From an uncultured Chloroflexia bacterium (GTDB lineage: Bacteria; Chloroflexota; Limnocylindria; Limnocylindrales; CSP1-4): 64,000 nucleotides of DNA. The DNA lies in NCBI GenBank assembly GCA_963770795.1, contig CAVYQR010000006.1:70264-134263 (forward strand). Reading direction: 5' to 3'. How positions within the stretch are numbered: the stretch's first letter is position 1; each line of letters starts with the position of its first letter. This document shows positions 61,859 through 64,000 of this stretch, piece by piece. Both the position numbers and the translations under genes were made by a program. The notes under the pieces are model-generated. The model searched no databases. It had not been told where the DNA came from and worked only from the letters and a program-made list of their open reading frames with translations.

Positions 61859-63469
61859 ATGACTACCAGACATCCCGTGGCGCGCCGACGGCGCCTGCTC
61901 GCGGGTTCCCTGGGCCTGCTGCTGGTGGCGGCCCTCGCCGCGCCGGCGGCGACCTTCGCGGCTCACAACATCACCGGCGCGACCCTGAACGGCGCGTCCA
62001 GCGTGACGGTCGCCCCCGGTGCCACGATCAGCCTGACCGTGTCCGTGACGACGACCAACGGTGACGACTGGACATCGACCGGATGGCGCCTCGCCACCAG
62101 CCCCGGTAGCTTCACCTGCGTAGACACGCCCAACCACTATGGCAGTGGCACCTACACGGAGACCTTCAACATCACCGCCCCGGCCGGCTCGGGCTCGTAC
62201 AACCTGTACCTCGCCATGTGGGACGGGTCCAACAGCTGCAGCGGCGGTGCTGCCGGCTCCGGTCTCTATCGCAGCAACGCGGTCGTCGTCCGGCTCGCCC
62301 AGACGATCACGTTCGCGGCGCTTCCCGACAGGGTGCTCGGTGACGCCGACTTCCTGGTCGCCGCGACCTCTTCGTCCGGGCTGGTGGTCACCTTCAGCTC
62401 GACGACGACTTCCGTCTGCACCGTGACCGACTTCACGGTCCATCTCGCGGCCGTCGGCAGCTGCACGATCAAGGCCGACCAGGCCGGCAACGGGCAGTAT
62501 CTGCCCGCACCGTCGGTGTCGCAGAGCTTCAACGTCGCCCCGGCCGCCTCAGGCGGCTCGGTCACCAGGCTCGCGGGCGCGGATCGCTACGAGACCGCAG
62601 CCGCGATCTCGGCCGCGAACTTCTCCCCCGGCGTCCCTGTCGTGTACATCGCGACCGGCGCCAACTTCCCGGACGCCCTCGCCGGCGGACCGGTGGCAAA
62701 GATCAAGGGCGGCCCGGTGCTGCTCGTCCAGGCCGGCGCCATCCCGGCGGCCACGGCCACCGAGCTGACCCGCCTCCTCCCGGCGAACATCGTCATCCTC
62801 GGCGGCACCGCCGTCGTGTCGGCCGCCGTCGCAACCGCGCTCGACGCCTACACGACCGGCACCGTCACCAGGCTCGCGGGCGCGGATCGCTACGAGACCG
62901 CAGCCGCGATCTCGGCCGCGAGCTTCTCCTCCCCCGTCCCTGTCGTGTACATCGCGACCGGCGCCAACTTCCCGGACGCCCTCGCCGGCGGACCGGTGGC
63001 CGGGATCAAGGGCGGCCCGGTGCTGCTCGTCCAGGCCGGCGTCATCCCGGCGGCCACGGCCACTGAGCTGACCCGCCTCCTCCCGACGAACATCGTCATC
63101 CTCGGCGGCACCGGCGTCGTGTCGGCCGCCGTCGCAACCGCGCTCGACGCCTACACGACCGGCACCGTCACCAGGCTCGCGGGCGCGGATCGCTACGAGA
63201 CCGCAGCCGCGATCTCGGCCGCGAGCTTCTCCTCCCCCGTCCCTGTCGTGTACATCGCGACCGGCGCCAACTTCCCGGACGCCCTCGCCGGCGGACCGGT
63301 GGCCGGGATCAAGGGCGGCCCGGTGCTGCTCGTCCAGGCCGGCGTCATCCCGGCGGCCACGGCCACTGAGCTGACCCGCCTCCTCCCGACGAACATCGTC
63401 ATCCTCGGCGGAACCGCCGTCGTGTCGGACGGGGTGCAGACGAATCTCGCCGCGTACCTCGCCCCCTAG
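61859..63469 (+). CDS. Secreted protein with Ig-like domains and three cell-wall-binding type 2 (CWB2) repeats
   Basis: Signal peptide ending A-T-F-A; three RLAGADRYETAAAIS...ATGANFPDALAG...ILGGT.VVS units. Confidence 0.9.
   Translation: MTTRHPVARRRRLLAGSLGLLLVAALAAPAATFAAHNITGATLNGASSVTVAPGATISLTVSVTTTNGDDWTSTGWRLATSPGSFTCVDTPNHYGSGTYTETFNITAPAGSGSYNLYLAMWDGSNSCSGGAAGSGLYRSNAVVVRLAQTITFAALPDRVLGDADFLVAATSSSGLVVTFSSTTTSVCTVTDFTVHLAAVGSCTIKADQAGNGQYLPAPSVSQSFNVAPAASGGSVTRLAGADRYETAAAISAANFSPGVPVVYIATGANFPDALAGGPVAKIKGGPVLLVQAGAIPAATATELTRLLPANIVILGGTAVVSAAVATALDAYTTGTVTRLAGADRYETAAAISAASFSSPVPVVYIATGANFPDALAGGPVAGIKGGPVLLVQAGVIPAATATELTRLLPTNIVILGGTGVVSAAVATALDAYTTGTVTRLAGADRYETAAAISAASFSSPVPVVYIATGANFPDALAGGPVAGIKGGPVLLVQAGVIPAATATELTRLLPTNIVILGGTAVVSDGVQTNLAAYLAP
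62561..63466 (+). repeat. Three tandem 303-bp repeats encoding the CWB2 units
   Basis: Units start at 62561, 62864 and 63167; copies 2 and 3 look identical over about 245 nt by eye. Confidence 0.9.
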
Positions 63470-63513
63470 CAACTCCGGGGCGACGCCGTCGCCCTTGGCA
63501 ATCGTCAACTCAC

Positions 63514-63543
63514 GGACAGCCCCCGCAGACGCGGGGGCTGTCC
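63514..63543 (+). terminator. Strong hairpin between the CWB2 gene and the converging GNAT gene
   Basis: GGACAGCCCCCGC-agac-GCGGGGGCTGTCC, 13-bp stem. Confidence 0.7.
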
Positions 63544-63688
63544 CATTGTCCGCGCCGCGCTGCTCGCCCCTATGCGGGCTCCCGCGACGGTGCGCACCGC
63601 ACCCGGGCCATGGCAGGGGACACCGGCACGCGTAGGGCGCGGACTCCCTGGTCGCGCCCGGAACCGTGCGCTCACCGGCGGACGAGGA

Positions 63689-64000
63689 TCAGCTCCGGTA
63701 CAGCGGGAAGAAGGCCCGCCGGTCCGCCGGGTCCAGGTCCGGGTCGCGCCCTCGGACCAGACGGCGGTATGAGGCCCAGTCCAGGATCATCCGCAGCGTG
63801 CTGAACGGGTGGCGACGCGGCGAGAAGCCCAGCTTGAAGTGGAGGAGCGAATCGCTGTTCGCGCCAAGGCCCCCACCCAGGTGGAGGACCTCGCAGCCCC
63901 GTTCCTTCGCCCATCCGGTCACGTAGTGGAGCATCAGCTTGAGCGGCTGCAGGTGCAGGGACGCGTCGTCGCTGCCGGAGAGGTGATACTCGACAATCCC
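63689..64000 (-). CDS. FemAB/BioF2-like GNAT acyltransferase, C-terminal part (truncated by window end)
   Basis: ...EYHLSGSD...PLKLML...WAKERGCEVLHLGGG...SLLHFKLGF...FFPLYRS. Confidence 0.8.
   Translation of the reverse strand, partial: GIVEYHLSGSDDASLHLQPLKLMLHYVTGWAKERGCEVLHLGGGLGANSDSLLHFKLGFSPRRHPFSTLRMILDWASYRRLVRGRDPDLDPADRRAFFPLYRS

Overview
A very GC-rich (about 70-75% by eye), gene-dense bacterial chromosomal segment. Gene content and style suggest a high-GC Chloroflexota (Limnocylindria-like) or actinobacterial genome; this is inference, not determinable here. From left to right: polyamine ABC genes, cupredoxin, ferredoxin, proC plus proline dehydrogenase, an aldolase, and a CBS-korA-korB-CBS-receiver-like-pepP operon. 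Next come ogt, PAP2, a CopA fused to a cupredoxin-like domain, fabD with two fabF copies and a divergent MarR regulator, then M20 peptidase, asparaginase, a DHOD-like gene and a VapBC-type toxin-antitoxin pair. The branched-chain amino acid cluster is split divergently (ilvD, leuDC on minus; ilvBNC-leuA-leuB-cimA on plus) and is followed by pheA and a HerA-like ATPase. The window ends in a surface-polysaccharide locus with a three-repeat CWB2 cell-wall-binding protein. No rRNA, tRNA, CRISPR array or classical transposase was seen. Best leads: (1) two related ~150-bp long-palindromic elements, one directly upstream of an XRE-HTH/PD-(D/E)xK-like nuclease gene, possibly an undescribed mobile or structured-element family; (2) a free-standing LeuA-type allosteric domain gene coupled to cimA; (3) an unusually long Ile/Val- and Leu-rich leader ORF with a terminator before ilvB; (4) a 31-aa unannotated membrane peptide with a structured, weakly c-di-GMP-I-like leader; (5) an orphan protein carrying the LQxxAGNxAV motif of eCIS-associated proteins.
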